Of a stretch of DNA of 64,000 nt, positions 1 to 13,883 are shown piece after piece. The stretch lies in assembly GCA_023920165.1 (NCBI GenBank), contig CP089277.1, positions 620,001-684,000 of the forward strand, given 5' to 3'. The translations under genes were made by a program, and so were the position numbers. How positions within the stretch are numbered: position 1 is the first letter of the stretch; every line of letters begins with the position of its first letter. Below the pieces are notes generated by a model, which was not told the origin of the DNA, did no database searches, and saw only the letters and a program-made list of their open reading frames with translations. Source of the DNA: Curvularia clavata. Its lineage: Eukaryota.

Positions 1-883
1 GACAGGCTATACAGGGTTAGAACACAATACTCTGGAGTATTTCAAACATGAGCCAAGACTTACAAGATGGGGATGCTGTAGTTGGAGAACTTCTGGACCT
101 TGATGTTCCAGCCAGAAGTCTCGTAAGAAGAGGGGTCGCACCACGAGTAGTCGTTGAAACCGAAGAAGTCGCTGCGGACGGCATCGTCACCACAGTTCAT
201 GTAGTTGGCCATCTCGTAGCGGTTGGACTCGACGTCAGCAGCGGAGTAACCAACGGGAACCTTGCGGAGGCCACGAGCGTTCATGTACGACTTGAGGTCA
301 CGAGTAACAGCCTTGACGTAAGGAGCGCAGTTGGTGGTCTTGTCGTCGTTGATGACCTCGTTACCCGAGAAGAACAACAGAGTGTTGTCGTACTTGGCGA
401 ACATCTCGACGGTAGCGAACAAACTCTGGAGGTAGACCTTGTTGTACGACTTCTGGGGGTTGGCACGGTTGATGGAGTACTTGGGGGTATTGACATCGAG
501 AGCAAGATAGATGCCAGCGTCGGCGAGGAGGCCCATGCAAGTGTCGTGGTTAGCACTGTTGTCTACAGTGTAGACACGGACAGTGTTGATGCCCAGCTCC
601 TTGAACTTGGCGATATCGCGCTTGCAACCCTCCTCGTCGGCAATGGGGTCCTTGGCATCAGAAGCGCCACCAGGCTGGTAGTCAACACCACGAATGTAGA
701 AACGCTCGTTGCCGGCCCAGAAAGCTAGTTTCAGTTAGCAACTGTAGCACTGTGCCTATCCACGGCGAGCCACCTACCGTTTCCCTTGACAGTCACTGGA
801 GTGATCTTGGAGTCGCGCTTCTGAACGGTGGGTTTAGCGAAGGCGGTGGCCGCAAGAGCGGCTGTAATGACAAAGCCCTTCAT
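1..883 (-). CDS. GH72 1,3-beta-glucanosyltransferase (Gel/Gas family), 5' part; runs off the window start
   Basis: Signal peptide MKGFVITAALAATAFA from ATG 883. Intron 725-777 joins to AFWAGNERFYIRGVDYQPGG. Catalytic FSGNEV motif and DFFGFNDYSWC present. Intron 7-63 leads into the FLS(E) motif. Confidence 0.93.
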
Positions 884-2620
884 GATGATGGATTTGGAAG
901 TGGTGGTGATTATGGGTCGCAGTGTAATCGGTAGAAGCAAACGAATGCGGAGAAGAAAGAGTAGTAGGGAAGCAAGCAGCAACTCCCGTTGAAACGAGTG
1001 TGAGAAGTTGCGATTGGATTAGACGAAGAAGAAAAAAGTGTAACGGAAGAAGCAACAAATGCTGTGTCGTGAGCGAAGGCGGGTTATCAGGGGAAAAAGA
1101 GGGCAGGAATCGGAAACAAGATTAATACATGGGGCAACGGGCCCATAGCCAAAGACGACGCGTCCAATTTTAGCGGCATACACCTGGCGGTGCTCATTGG
1201 CTGTGGCGGCGGCAGATCACATGTCGCGAAGGCGCCAACCCCTGAAGTAAGCTCAACCAAGGCCACTCAAGCGCAGGACTGGGGACCGGGCGGCCATGGC
1301 AGTGATGCTTGGATCGACTATCTGTCATGCAATACGGAGACGAGTAACCCGCTCCCAGCTGAGACACGCGTTTGCTGTCAATCAGTCTCTCTTTTGACTC
1401 TCTCCTCCCCACTTTCTCAACGGCGATCCGAATCAACCAGCCGCCCGCGGTGTACTTGTATTTCGTCACTCCCCACGGACCCACACGCGGATACAGGACC
1501 GAGATTAGCTTTGGACAAGTCGGACAGACTCCCATGTCAAGTAAATACGATGCCATTGTCGCATGCTTGCACGCATCTGGCGACTGGGCTGCAACTGCGT
1601 GCGATTCAATGATGGCCTGCGACTTTTGCCCTAGTAAGAATGTGCAAAACACCGACCATAGTTTCGGCCTGGAACCTCTAACACTGGTTTCGGGCAATCA
1701 AGTGCCACTCTTCTTGGCTATCCCCATTTTGCGCGATCGAGAGGCTTTTATTGGCCCGTCGTATAGACATGGCATCATCAGCTCTAATTCTAGACCGAGA
1801 GCCGCACCCTAGCCAGGGCAGCTACAAGGTACAATCACGGAATGGGACAGCCCTAGGAAGTTACACAGCCGTTTTCGACATGGCTCTGGTAAGCTAGTCA
1901 GTAGGTAGCTAGAGCTGCATCGTTTGCCGGCTTTAAGGAGTTCGGTGTATGTTCTTGATGTGAAGCAGAGGGTTGCTTGATAATTTTCGACGAGTCAATT
2001 GAATCGAAATCGGTATTTGCGAGGCGTTATGGACGCTGCATCTGGTCTAGAGAATATCTGCTGGGGCAGTTGTATACGAATTACTCATGCTAGGTTCAGC
2101 GCCAGCTCGTGTGCGAGTGTGGCAATGGAGGAATAAATAGAAAAAGACTAAGGCCAAAACGAGGCAAAGATAGAACACCAAGAATCGTAAATGGCATAGT
2201 TAATTATCGTCTTGAGTGATACGATGAACTTGTTAACAAAAGTTTGAATACATATATTGACGACCATTGCCTTGTAAGCACATACGAGCAGTTTACATCC
2301 GTGTGTTCTTTACAATAGTTTTATTTTTCTATATTTGATTGATACGAACTGCATAAATCATTCTATCGATAATAACATTAGACTATTCCGTTTCTTACTA
2401 CATATAACTATTAGTTGCTTCCTCCCTATATTTACTGGATAGACATGTTGCTACCAAATCATGCAGCCCCATACCGTCACCCGTAGGAGAAAATGAGCTA
2501 CTATAAACATGAGGAGTCATTACCATATTCCATATGTCTCATGTTCTCGTCTCGTCTCACTGTAGCCGTATTCTGTATATACGGCAGCCATACACCTTCG
2601 TCATCCTCAGCTGTATCCGT

Positions 2621-3833
2621 CTATTTGTTCTTCAAGCCAAAGTACAATCCAAGAACCAGAGCAATCACACATAGAATGGCGATGACGGTCAACAAGATCC
2701 ACCATTTAAGTCTTCTTGCCCGCCTCGCCGACTTGATGCCCTCGTCCAGCTGCTTGTTTGCGTTCTCGGTATCGTCTTTGACCCGCACAGTCTGCTCTTC
2801 TGCTTGTGTGATTTGCGGTTCTTGGTACATAACTTGCTCGTTGAGCTGTGTAAACAGCAAAGCAAGCTCGCTCATGGTCTTTTCGATGCGCTGAATGTCG
2901 TTGTGGCGCGCACGTACCGCACCGAGAACACTGGCCGCCTGACCACTGCGGTTGGATTTGAGCTAAGAGTGTGTTAGATACGATTTACTTCCTATGTAAC
3001 TCTCGACACTTACAGCCTGGGTGAAGATACCCTCATCGCCTAAATCGGCATTGGCCACCTCTTCAACCTCGGCATCTGTAGCGTCCGGGTTGATGATGCG
3101 GTACTGCCTTCCAATAGCTTCGCGGTACCTCTTGGAATAATCAGCCTCTTCCTTCTGGAAGTCCTCGAGCTGGCTCTCAAAAGTCCTCTTGAGCGCCTCA
3201 AACTGAGACCTCTTTGTCCTGTCATTAGGATCGCGCACAGCATCCCTCTCCAAAAACTTAATCTCGTCCTTAATTTGAGTGTTTCTGATCTGTGTATTGG
3301 TTACAATCGCCTCGAGTTCGGCACTAGAGCGGCTGTCAGGCGAAGAAAGCATGCGCTGGTGGATGCTGGCTATGGCTTGGATATCCGAGGTTAGCTGGCC
3401 GATCCGCTCCTTTGCGCCTTCGATGCGCGCAAGGAAGTCATCTCGACTCAGAGGCTGAGCACCAGGCGCCTCCATGGTGTTGCCTTGGGCCGGCAAGTTG
3501 TTCATGGGCACATCTGTATGAGGAATGTTTTGCGCATTCGTGTTGGATGGACTCAAGGCGCCAGCTTGCGAGTATTGCGACGGCTGCGAGTAATTCGACT
3601 CGCCATGGCGCTGGAGAGGCACTGGGGGGTTGAGCTGTGGTTGCGGCTGGTCATACTGTACTGTCGCATCAGTCTCGTGATGTCATGTTGGGGATGCGAC
3701 TGCTTACACTTCCGCCATATGGGTTGGCCGAGCCATAGCCGTCACCACCACCGTAGGGATTTGCTTGCGCACCATATCCAGCTTCGGCCTGGCCGTAGGG
3801 ATTTCCGCCGTACTGCTGGTAGTTCTGCGACAT
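2621..3833 (-). CDS. SSO1: Plasma-membrane t-SNARE syntaxin (Sso1/Sso2-like)
   Basis: N-terminal NPY/G-rich repeats, an Habc region (RQYRIINPDAT), the SNARE motif ARHNDIQRIEKTMSELA and a C-terminal TM anchor. Introns 3656-3707 and 2963-3013. Confidence 0.9.
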
Positions 3834-4595
3834 GTCGGATATGTGGTGGGGTAGGTTGGTAGCGAGAAAGAAACGATAGTTTCGGGGTGCCGCGGTGGAG
3901 CTGGAGAAGCAGCTGCGGAAGCTACGGAAGAGATGGACTGTTGGGGGCGAGCTTCGCTACTGTACGCTTCTTGCGCAAGCCGAGGCTGACAGTAGAAGAC
4001 CAAGATACAGTCAGCTGGGAGGCAACCAATGCTGCACACCGATCAATTCGAGCCCGTCGCAAGCTTGCTCTGTCGTGGACAGGCTAGGAAGTTAAATGAC
4101 CTGCCAGGCTGTGTTGAACCCGCCCAGCCCTCGGAGCCGCGCACTCACGTCACCAATGGGACGGGAACGGACAAATACCCGAGGACTACCTTTCGCAATT
4201 GGTGCCCCGTTATGACATCTGCATATGTGCCTTTAAGAGATGCAGCATGCTGTATTAGCATTTCCCTGGCCATCATAAACCTTTGTCCCGGTGGGGTGGG
4301 ATTGGATATGTGACGTAATCCTGGCTTCTCTCATCAAGCACCCTTGTTAGGTAATCCTTGATGCGACTCTCAACTCACTCTGAATTCTCTTCATTATGCA
4401 CATTGCACAGTTATGCACCCTGCTCCGTAGCATCTCGGAGAAAAAGAGAAAAGCATGAACTCTCAAAAAATAAATCATCATCATCGCTTCTTTTCTACCA
4501 AAAAGAAAAGGAAAAACAAAGGTGCCTAAATCCGCATCTCTCATATCCTACTCTAAGAAAACAAACCATTACGCAACGTCTTTCCCAAGTCCCTT

Positions 4596-7500
4596 TTACT
4601 TCCTCGTACTGTCCCCATTACCACTTCCACCATTGCCGCCATTTGTGCCACCAAGCAAACATGTCTTCGCGCTTTCGAGCTCCGCCACAACTCTCTCCTC
4701 CAAGTCACTCAGCGCGTCCTCTCCCTTGCCTTTAACACGATTCAGCATCTCCAGCTCCTTTTCGTCAACCGCAACCAGACGCTCTCTCAGTGCGCTCTTC
4801 CGAGATAGCCAACTCTCCACATCCTCTTTGACAGCATCCCTTTCCCACTCCAGAAGCGCTACTTCATTAGCTTGGATACCTAGCTTAGGACCTTGCTTGC
4901 GCACGTTCTCCAGAATAGCGGCGATGAGTGCGAGACTGTGTATTTCAGAGGCTACAGAAAGCGTAATCTTATTTGTAGCAGCCGAAAAGCGAGACGATGA
5001 GCTTGTTGAATTGATGCTTGATACCGAGCGGGCGAGTTGTTCAGGGAATTGATTGAGGAAGGAGGAGATTTCCGCAGCAATTGGGGGCCCGACAGATAAG
5101 AGGAGGTTGAGGCAGAGGGGAAGGATACCCTTGGTCCAGACAGAGTACATGCGGCTTGGATTGTCAAATGGACCGGTGCCGTTGACGCGACGGTAGTAGT
5201 TCATAATGTTCGCTGTGTTGAGTTGACTAAGAATGCCCTCGACGGCCATGGTCTCGGCTAGGGCTTGGATGCTGGAGAGCGACAACAGGAAGAGGATGCT
5301 TAGCTCGCCGTAGATTGGATCGTCTACACCATTGTGTGATATTGCGAGGCGATCAGCCCAGGAGAATAGACTGGTGGCGTAGCGCACAGTGTTGTTGTTT
5401 GCAAAGAGGAGCGCTGCTTGTTGTTGCCACTTGGACATCTCCGGTATCGCAATGATGCGTTGTAGCAGCGCGGTGAGGAGTGCAAAATCGGATGGTGAGA
5501 CGGACAAGGGTTCAGCGTGCAGCTGCGTGGCTAAGCTGCGGAAACCTTTGGCTACCGTGTCGGTTAGGATTTCAAGGAGCTGTGTAGAAATGGGCTCTGT
5601 GTAACTGTTGTGGCTGGCCGGCATGGTGCCACGGAAGCTTGAGCGAAATGAGGCATCCTCAGACTGGTCAGTGTCCTCGATGAGATGGAAATGAAGAGCA
5701 AGGTAGAGGATGCGGAGTAAGGACCGGTAATAATGAACCGAGTCACTAGAGAAGACATTGTCGAAATCCGGAGTCGAGGCACGGATGGCGCTCCATATTG
5801 GTGCAAGCAATTGGCGCGCCTCTGTGGTCCGGACATTGGCCTCTACCAACTTCTTCAACAGCGCAAACGCCAGATCCGCTCGCACGACCATAAGCTGACC
5901 GAATAATGCCTCTGGCAGGTTTGACTGTGTGTTGGCAGTCATGCACTTGTGGACAACACCGATTAGAACCTTGACAATTCGTTCGTCCTTGGCTACGACC
6001 TGGCTTAGCTCGAGAGTCAACAGCTTCCAGCCATGGAGTAACAAGACCTGAGACTCTACAAGTCCTAGATTGTAGTTGGCCTTTTCGACTTCAGATGCGA
6101 AACCGGTGCCCTCTCTAGGGCCAGCCCACTTGCTGTTGAAACTCAGGAGTTGCTGGGCAAGGTCAATGTCATAGAAGAATGCTCGTCCAAAGGTTTCAGG
6201 ATACAACGTGGTCCGCTTGAGATTCCCCAAAGAGACACCAGGGTACTGCTTCTCCAAGTTTTGCTTCAAGTATCCATGCAACGATGTACTGTAAGATGGC
6301 AGCTCCAAGGCAGTGTCTTGCAAGTATGTCAAACTGGGGACAATGTCTTTCAGTACGGTGACATCGCCGACCTGTCGTGAGTGGTGAAGGTACATAGCAA
6401 TGACCTCACAGGCCAGAGATGCGAATTTGTTTTGGAACGAGCGCTCCAGCGTCTCTTCATTACTGCTCATGCGCGGTTGTTTGGGCTGCTTTGCCATCCA
6501 TTTCAAAAACGTCAGAAGTTTTTGAATCAGATCTTTACGTTGTCGCAAATCCCCCATTGCCCAAGACCAATTGTTTTGCGCCGAAGACACGAACTCGAGC
6601 ATGGCCGTAAACAGTGGCCATGAGATGCCAGCAGGTTCCTTCTCCGGAAGCGCCATATTGCAAAGCGCATCGAAGGCACGTGTGAGTAGGGCTTTGTTCC
6701 TTGAGTCCGGCGCTGCGTTTGCTTTGCTTCGCATGGTCTCTCGTGGAGTGTTTCCAGTAAGCAGATACAGAGAGAACCACTGCTGCTTGCATGTTACAAC
6801 AGCTGATAGCAAGTTCCACACATTCCTTTGGATATCCACAATCTTCAGCGGCTCGTCTAGTTGAGAAAGGACGCTGAGGAAGTTCTTTGCAGTACGGGGC
6901 CCCAGATGACCCAGCAACGAAGGCGGTTCTCGCTGCTCAGTGTTTCTACGGGCAGCCTGTTTAGCATCCACGTCGGCCACTTCTGGCTCTTCTTGGGTAG
7001 TAAGACGGACCGCGCCACGGACCAAAGCCTCAAGCAACAGTACGACCTGAGATTTCCACTTGTCGCTGGTGGCGTATAGCCGGGCTAGTAATGGTGTAGC
7101 TTTGAAGAGCTGTTGCTCCAGGTGAGTCCAAGGTTTGTTGAGTAGCATGGCAATTCGGACAAGGAGATCAGCAAAAGCCAGGGTGCTTTGGGTCTGTTGT
7201 GTCCATAGTGCACCTGAAGTTGTGAGCAATGTGTTATCGTTGGGGCTGACTCCGATGATCAAAGATGTCATCAGTGGGTTCGTAGGTAGGCCGGTGTCAG
7301 AGCCAGCGAGGTATAGCTGGGTGAGGTATTCGGCAATGGGCGCAATCGCCTTTGTGAGCTTAGTGGACAGCTTCGGTGCATCATCTACGCTGTACGCGAG
7401 GCTCAATATCGTGGTAAAGACCTCGCAAATGGCAGTATTGATCTCGGGGCGGTGATCAGGCTGTGAGTACTTCCAACTAAGTGAGTTTTCATATATGCTG

Positions 7501-10326
7501 GCAAGTGTTCGACCGAAGGTGAAAAGAATTGTGCTCATGATCTTGTCTGAAGTACCGCTTTCGGCAGGAGCCGATGCGTTGAATCGACTGAGGGCTTTTG
7601 TGGGGACTTTGCGGGACACGGATCGGTCGACAGCATCCTTGACAAGTCCGTTGTAGAGTCGAATGCACCCTAGAAGGAAGTCGTATCGTCCAAGAACCAT
7701 CTCAGTACCAATCAGAATAGTTGCCAAACTGCCGTTACCATCACCCTCCAACAGCCTGCTTCTGGCGAGCCATGGCCACACCCTCTGTGGAGAAACAACG
7801 ACCAAAGCCTCCAAAAAGTGGGTGCAGTTAACAAGGAGTTCCAAAGAGGCCTCATTGCTTGGTTCCTGACAGAGATGCAGAAGTTCTTCTTCAAAAATTG
7901 CAAGCACAATGTTGACAGTATCTCGACTGCCCTCAGAACCGATGCCAAGTGCCTCCAGAAGCTCGGGCGAGCAGATGCCCTCGGAAGCATGCAAGGATGA
8001 GTGAATCAGGTCAGCGAAAAGTCCAATGATTTCGACAACGCTCTCGCGGGACGCGGGCTGCTGGGTAGCAGTCTCGACTTTGCTGCTTCCGACAGGATAT
8101 GTCGAGAGAAGTTCGACAAGGTATGACAAGGTCGAATGCTGGTGATGCCAGACTGCTATGTACGGCTGTGAGTTATCGTCAACTATAATACCCTCCGTGC
8201 CAGCAGGGATGATGGAAGTTCCATCTGTATGTGTCGAAGTACCCGAGGCCATCAAGCGACGCTGGCCACCAAATGTTGATGAACCTGCAGAATAAAACAA
8301 TGGAAGATCCGCTGTAAGCTCGACCCAGTTGGCGTTTTCTTCTTCGCGTGTTAACTGATAATCACGGAATCCATCTGGAAGGCGTTGCATCAACCGATTG
8401 TGGTTTGCAAGCTTGTCAACAAATGAAGGCATGCCGTTCTGCATCGTCTTGTCGCCGCGAGTCAACGCGCTACAAAACTTCAGGAATGGTGTCATCTCGT
8501 AGGGATAGCGTAGGCGGGCTTCGTTCAGCAACATTGGCCTCAAAACGTATTCGTCTTCGAGGAAATATGCCACAATTGGATCAGCGTGGCGTGCGGATTG
8601 ACCATTCTCCCACCTACGGAACGTGTTGTCGCCAGCCAGGATGGTGTATGTTGTAATAATGAGATCTGGACTGTATGCAACAATGTCGCTTCCAACAGCA
8701 GCACGAACCAGGTGAAGGAACAGCAACCGAACCCTGTCTTGAGATATTCGATCAATGGATGTACCAAATGCGGGGAGACTGGTTTCGACAAGCTGATTGA
8801 TAATGGCTAAAACGCCTGCTGCTGAGCTGACAGTAGCAAGCTCTTCATATGGCATTTTGCCGTCGAAAAGCTCGTGGCTTTCGAGTTTTGAAATCACCAA
8901 AGCAGCCTCCTCAAGCGACGAGGGCTCAGACTCTGGGTTTCCAGTGCCATTAGGTGATTCGAGAAGACGCTCACGCTCTTGTTCCTCGTAGCCGGCGCGG
9001 CTTGTGAGCTTCCATGTGATGATGGCCCAAGCAAACATGGGTGGTGTGGCAGGGCTAGCGCCCAATACCTTTGCCTCTCCAAAGATGGTGGTGATGGCCT
9101 CTACAACGGTGGTATTCAAGATGTAAGACGAGGAATGCCAAGTATTGCAGTCGCCAGATTCGAGATCATCCATGATCCTGTCAACTTTCAAGATAGTCAG
9201 GGACATGAGCGAAGTCAAGAGTTGTATGACCGGGATAAGAGGCTCCTGGCGAACGGTGACTGCGGGAAACTCGCGAAAGAAACCGCGGAAACTGAAAGCT
9301 TTGAGCCAATCTTCAATAGTGGCCGCGGGGATGAAATCTTTGGCAACCAGGTCGGCGTGTACCAGCGCTAGATGGAGGATGTGCAGCAACTCAGTGGTTT
9401 GAGCAACGACCCATTTTTCGGACGCGGCTTCCAGTATCGACTCATCCACGTCCCATGAATATCCAGTGTCCAAGGAATCGCATCTTTTTGAAAAGGCCTT
9501 GAGACACTCATCTAGCGCCTTGCCGCCCGAGGGTCCGTCCTGTGCTGCAGCAATAGTCTGACCAAGCTCTTCAATCCATCCTGCACCAATGCTGAGGTAT
9601 CCGGTTCCATAGATGGTTTGATTGCGTAGACTGGACGCGCAACCCCACGAGACCAACAATTGACTGATGCGTATGATTGAGGCACATGCTGAGTGGTAAA
9701 CATCGAGGATCTGCAGGCGGCGCTGACTCTTGGTGTCGAGATGGGCGGTTTTGGAAGCGAGGGGTGTTGCGAGGATGGACGAGTTGGGGACAAAGGTAGA
9801 GGCCCCCAGGTTCGCAATTCCAGCTGCATCTTGCACGCTGAGCGCCTCCTCTTCCGTCAAGCCACTCAGAAGCTGCGCAGCTGGCCGTCCCTGCCATTCC
9901 TGAACAACCAGTTGCAAGGCCGAGTATTCTGAGATTTGCGCTTCCTTGGCCAGCCACAAGCTGTCTTGCTTGATCTCCTCTACATCATAGTGATCGCTCT
10001 GCGCAGGCGTGACGCTGATGGGTGCAGTCTTGGACTCGAATCTGCTCTTCTCTTGCGACGATGGGTCTGGGAAGGGCCTCCAAGGATGGCTGAGGGTGTC
10101 GATGTTTTCTTTGGCGGTAAGAAAGGCACGTAGGGCGTCGCTTTTGGACGCGGTTTCGGGGTCGCAGAGGGCGCGGTATGCGACATCCCAGGTACTGTAG
10201 GTGCGTGTTAGAAGGGTTGCTGGTTGGCATCGAACGAGAAGGTCAAGAGCGGTAAACATACACGAGCTGCTGCTCGCCCTTGAGGCATTTGCCCAGGTCG
10301 AAGTCGGGCGATTGAAGGGGGGCCAT
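4596..10326 (-). CDS. NUP188: Nucleoporin Nup188 (Nup184-like)
   Basis: About 1890 aa of helical-repeat-like sequence. The N-terminus MAPLQSPDFDLGKCLKGEQQLV (ATG 10326) is spliced via intron 10195-10261 to TWDVAY. FESKTAPI and IKQDSLWLAKEAQISE motifs resemble filamentous-fungal Nup188. Confidence 0.85.
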
Positions 10327-10748
10327 GTTTGCGCTGCGATGCGCGACGTGTAGGCCAGCTAGCCAAAGGCCATGAAGGTGCTGTAGGAGCGCAGGTAGAC
10401 AACGGCCGACTGTTTGGCGTGAATGTCTGCAAAGTCGCCAAAGCACAAAGCTCACGCGAAAGTCGGGTTAGCACGTGCAGGGATCATCACAACGGAACTT
10501 TGTTAGCGGCCTGCTGCGTGACGCCCACCAAGGGCACAACCATGTCGAACAACCAACAATTGAATCTCACACAGTGCCGGTCTCTGCATTCCGTTGCCTC
10601 TGTAGTGCAGACTGCGCAGTCATGCGCTGCCCTGCGCTGCCCTGATCAATCGTCGCGACCTTCTTGTGCGGCGATGGTAATTAATATATACTAATGCGTG
10701 TCACCTCCGTTAACTCCGCAAAGTCGTAATATCTCGACGGTACATCCT

Positions 10749-10755
10749 TGACTCA
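10749..10755 (+). promoter_or_regulatory. Gcn4/CpcA response element (TGACTCA) upstream of trpC
   Basis: Perfect TGACTCA about 230 bp upstream of the trpC ATG. Amino-acid biosynthesis genes are known cross-pathway-control targets. Confidence 0.6.
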
Positions 10756-10985
10756 CCCCACTGCATTTGCCTGACGATTACACTCTTTTCCACCGAACAC
10801 GACTCCCACTGCGTAACAGCCTCTGGCCTGCATCCCGCCTCAACGGCTCGCTTTCTGAAAGGTGTCCCGCCGGCAAAGTACCGAAACTCTGTGTGGTCGC
10901 CCAAGTCCCGCACACGGCCTCGACAAGACGCTATATAACACCATCCCAGCTTCACAGACGGAATTTCCTGCCCGCATCCTCCAGA

Positions 10986-13443
10986 ATGCCGTCTCTCGCG
11001 GTGATCGATCACTCGCCTCGCAATCCCAACCCCTCGCCACCGATACCCTCAGCCTCCAACGTGGTGCTCATTGACAATTATGACTCTTTCACGTGGAATG
11101 TTTACCAGTACCTCGTCTTCGAAGGCGCATCGGTAACAGTGTACCGAAACGACGAGATCACACTCGACGAGCTCATTGCGAAGAAACCTACACAACTCGT
11201 CATCAGCCCGGGCCCCGGACACCCAGAAAAGGACGCTGGTATCAGTAATGCAGCTGTCAAGCATTTCAGTGGCAAGATTCCCATATTCGGCGTGTGCATG
11301 GGAGAGTGAGTCTTCCTCATTGTCTTTTCTTTTGTTCGCGGGTCTATTTGGCATTCCCTGTACGGCATCCTTCAAGTGATGCTACTGTAGCCTTTGGGAA
11401 GCCCTGTGTAACACGAATGATGCGTTATTGACATATTGCAGACAGTGTATCTTCTACTGCTACGGTGGTACTGTAGACGTTACCGGCCAAATTCTCCACG
11501 GAAAAACATCGCCGCTCAAGCACGATGGCAAGGGTGTGTTCGCAGACGTGCCCCAGGACGTCCCAGTCACGAGGTACCATTCTCTCGCTGGTACTCACGG
11601 CACGCTCCCAGACTGCCTCGAGGTTACCGCAACTATTCCCGCCAACCCAGATGCCGAGATCAAGGAAGTCATCATGGGCGTTCGTCACAAGGAGTATGTG
11701 ATTGAGGGCGTGCAGTTTCACCCAGAGAGCATCTTGACCGAGCACGGGCTCGTCATGATGAGGAACTTCCTCAAGATGCAAGGAGGTACTTGGGCCGAGA
11801 ACGAGCGGCTACAGAAAGAGGCGCATGCCAAAGCAGTTGGAGCTGCTTCCAGTGACGCCGCAGCTGCCAGTGCGAAGAAAGACAAACAAACTTCCATCTT
11901 GGAAAAGATATATGACCATCGCAGGGCCGCTGTTGCCGAGCAGAAGAAGATTCCTTCTCAGAGGCCCAGTGATTTACAGGCTGCATACGACCTAAATCTG
12001 GCTCCGCCGCAGATCAACTTTCCGGAGCGACTGAGACAATCTCCTTTCCGGCTCTCGCTCATGTCCGAAATCAAACGTGCGTCACCCTCTAAGGGCATCA
12101 TTTCGTTGTCGACGTGTGCACCCGCTCAAGCCAGGCTATACGCCAAAGCTGGCGCTAGTACCATTTCCGTGCTCACGGAGCCCGAGTGGTTCAAGGGAAG
12201 CATCGACGACCTCAGGGCAGTACGCCAAAGCATTGAAGGAATGCCAAACAGGCCAGCTGTGTTGCGCAAAGAGTTCATCTTTGACGAATACCAGATCCTT
12301 GAAGCCAGGCTTGCGGGCGCCGATACCGTGCTGCTGATTGTCAAGATGCTGGAGGAGCCGGTCCTGAAAAGGCTCTGTGACTATTCCAGGTCACTCGGAA
12401 TGGAGCCTCTGGTCGAGGTCCAGAATGCTGATGAGACTGAGATCGCGGTGAATTTGGGCGCTCAGGTCATTGGCGTGAACAACCGGAACCTAGTAAACTT
12501 CGAAGTCGATATGGAAACCACGAACCGCCTGATTAACATGGTACCGAAAGAGACGATCTTGTGTGCGCTGAGTGGTATCGCTGGTCCTAAGGATGTGGAG
12601 CCATATATCAAGAGTGGAGTCGGTGCCGTCTTGGTCGGCGAAGCACTCATGCGCGCGTCAAACACTGCGCAATTCATTTCAGAGCTCCTAGGTGGCACTA
12701 CAACCAAGGAGACCCGAGCCTCTTCAGTTCCAATGGTCAAGATCTGTGGCACAAGGAGCGCAGAGGCTGCCAAAGCTGCAGTTGAGGCGGGAGCTGATCT
12801 TATCGGCATAATCCTCGCTCCTGGAACCAAGCGCACAGTGACAGCAGAGACAGCTCTTGCAATCTCGGAAGCTGTGCACACAACTAAGAAGCCCAATGCT
12901 TCGAAGTCAGGACTACTAGTCGACTCAAAGACCGCATCCGATTTCTTTGATCATGGTGCATCACGACTTGTTGCTGGTGATAATCGTGCGCTGCTCGTCG
13001 GAGTCTTCCGTAATCAATCACTAGAGTATGTTCTTGAGCAGCAGCGATTGCTGAATTTGGATGTTGTACAGCTCCATGGCCAAGAGCCATTAGAGTGGGC
13101 TAAGCTTATGCCTGTCCCTGTGCTCAAGGCTTTCAACCCGCATGATCATGGTATTGGTGCAAGAGGCTATCACGCTCTTCCCCTGCTGGATGCTGGATCG
13201 GGAGGTTCTGGCCAGCAACTGGATTTGACAGACGTCAAGGCTGTGCTGGCAAAAGATGATGGTATCAAATTCATACTGGCTGGAGGCTTGACGCCAGACA
13301 ACGTGCAGACGGCACTTGCTGGGCTTGGTGAGTATCGGGATCGAGTTCAAGCGGTCGACGTCAGCAGCGGTGTAGAAGAGGATGGTCAACAAAGCCTGGA
13401 GAAAATTCGTGCATTCGTAAAGGCGGCCAAGAGCTCGCAGTAG
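10986..13443 (+). CDS. trpC: Trifunctional tryptophan biosynthesis protein (anthranilate synthase GATase / IGPS / PRAI)
   Basis: GATase motifs [20 protein letters not shown](E)Q and [12 protein letters not shown] motifs [10 protein letters not shown] and GVNNRNL. PRAI motifs KICG, LAGGL and DVSSGVE. Intron 11306-11441. Confidence 0.97.
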
Positions 13444-13883
13444 ACATGTCTTATCAAATCAATTTTGACGAGCTGTCGTTAGAGTCTTCTTTCCAGGTTG
13501 ACTCCAGATAGGTCCTCCAGCAAAGCTATGTTGCTAAATCTTAACAGTTGCTCCAAAACTCCGTGCTTCTAATAGTCTTTGACACCCAATAAATTCATGA
13601 TATCTATGGTTGTGAAACCCGCGGTCTGAGGAGCTCCGGCTGCGACAGTCCCCGCGGTCTTTCACTTTGCCATAGCATCACCGTAACGTGTTTAGAAGCC
13701 CTATCACTCTAAGCCCTATCAAACACCCAGAAGTGAGACCGCCAGGAGGGCTCATATCAGTTCTCAAACTGGTTAAGTGCCGGTAGCAACAGATATCTCA
13801 CCAACACAGCTCCTACGGACCACATTCTTACAGTTCTTGGTCTGTTTTCAACACCACTCTCCTCCAAGATTACAATATTCACG

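Noticed and set aside
48..728. 226-aa + strand ORF
   Set aside because: Antisense shadow of the codon-biased GH72 exon, with no recognisable features. The same applies to 61933-62805 opposite DBP5 and 47383-48051 opposite the HAD gene.
10767..10985. TTG-initiated N-terminal extension of TrpC; similarly GTG 61688 for Dbp5
   Set aside because: The family-typical sequence begins at the downstream ATG, and the extensions look like promoter/UTR sequence.
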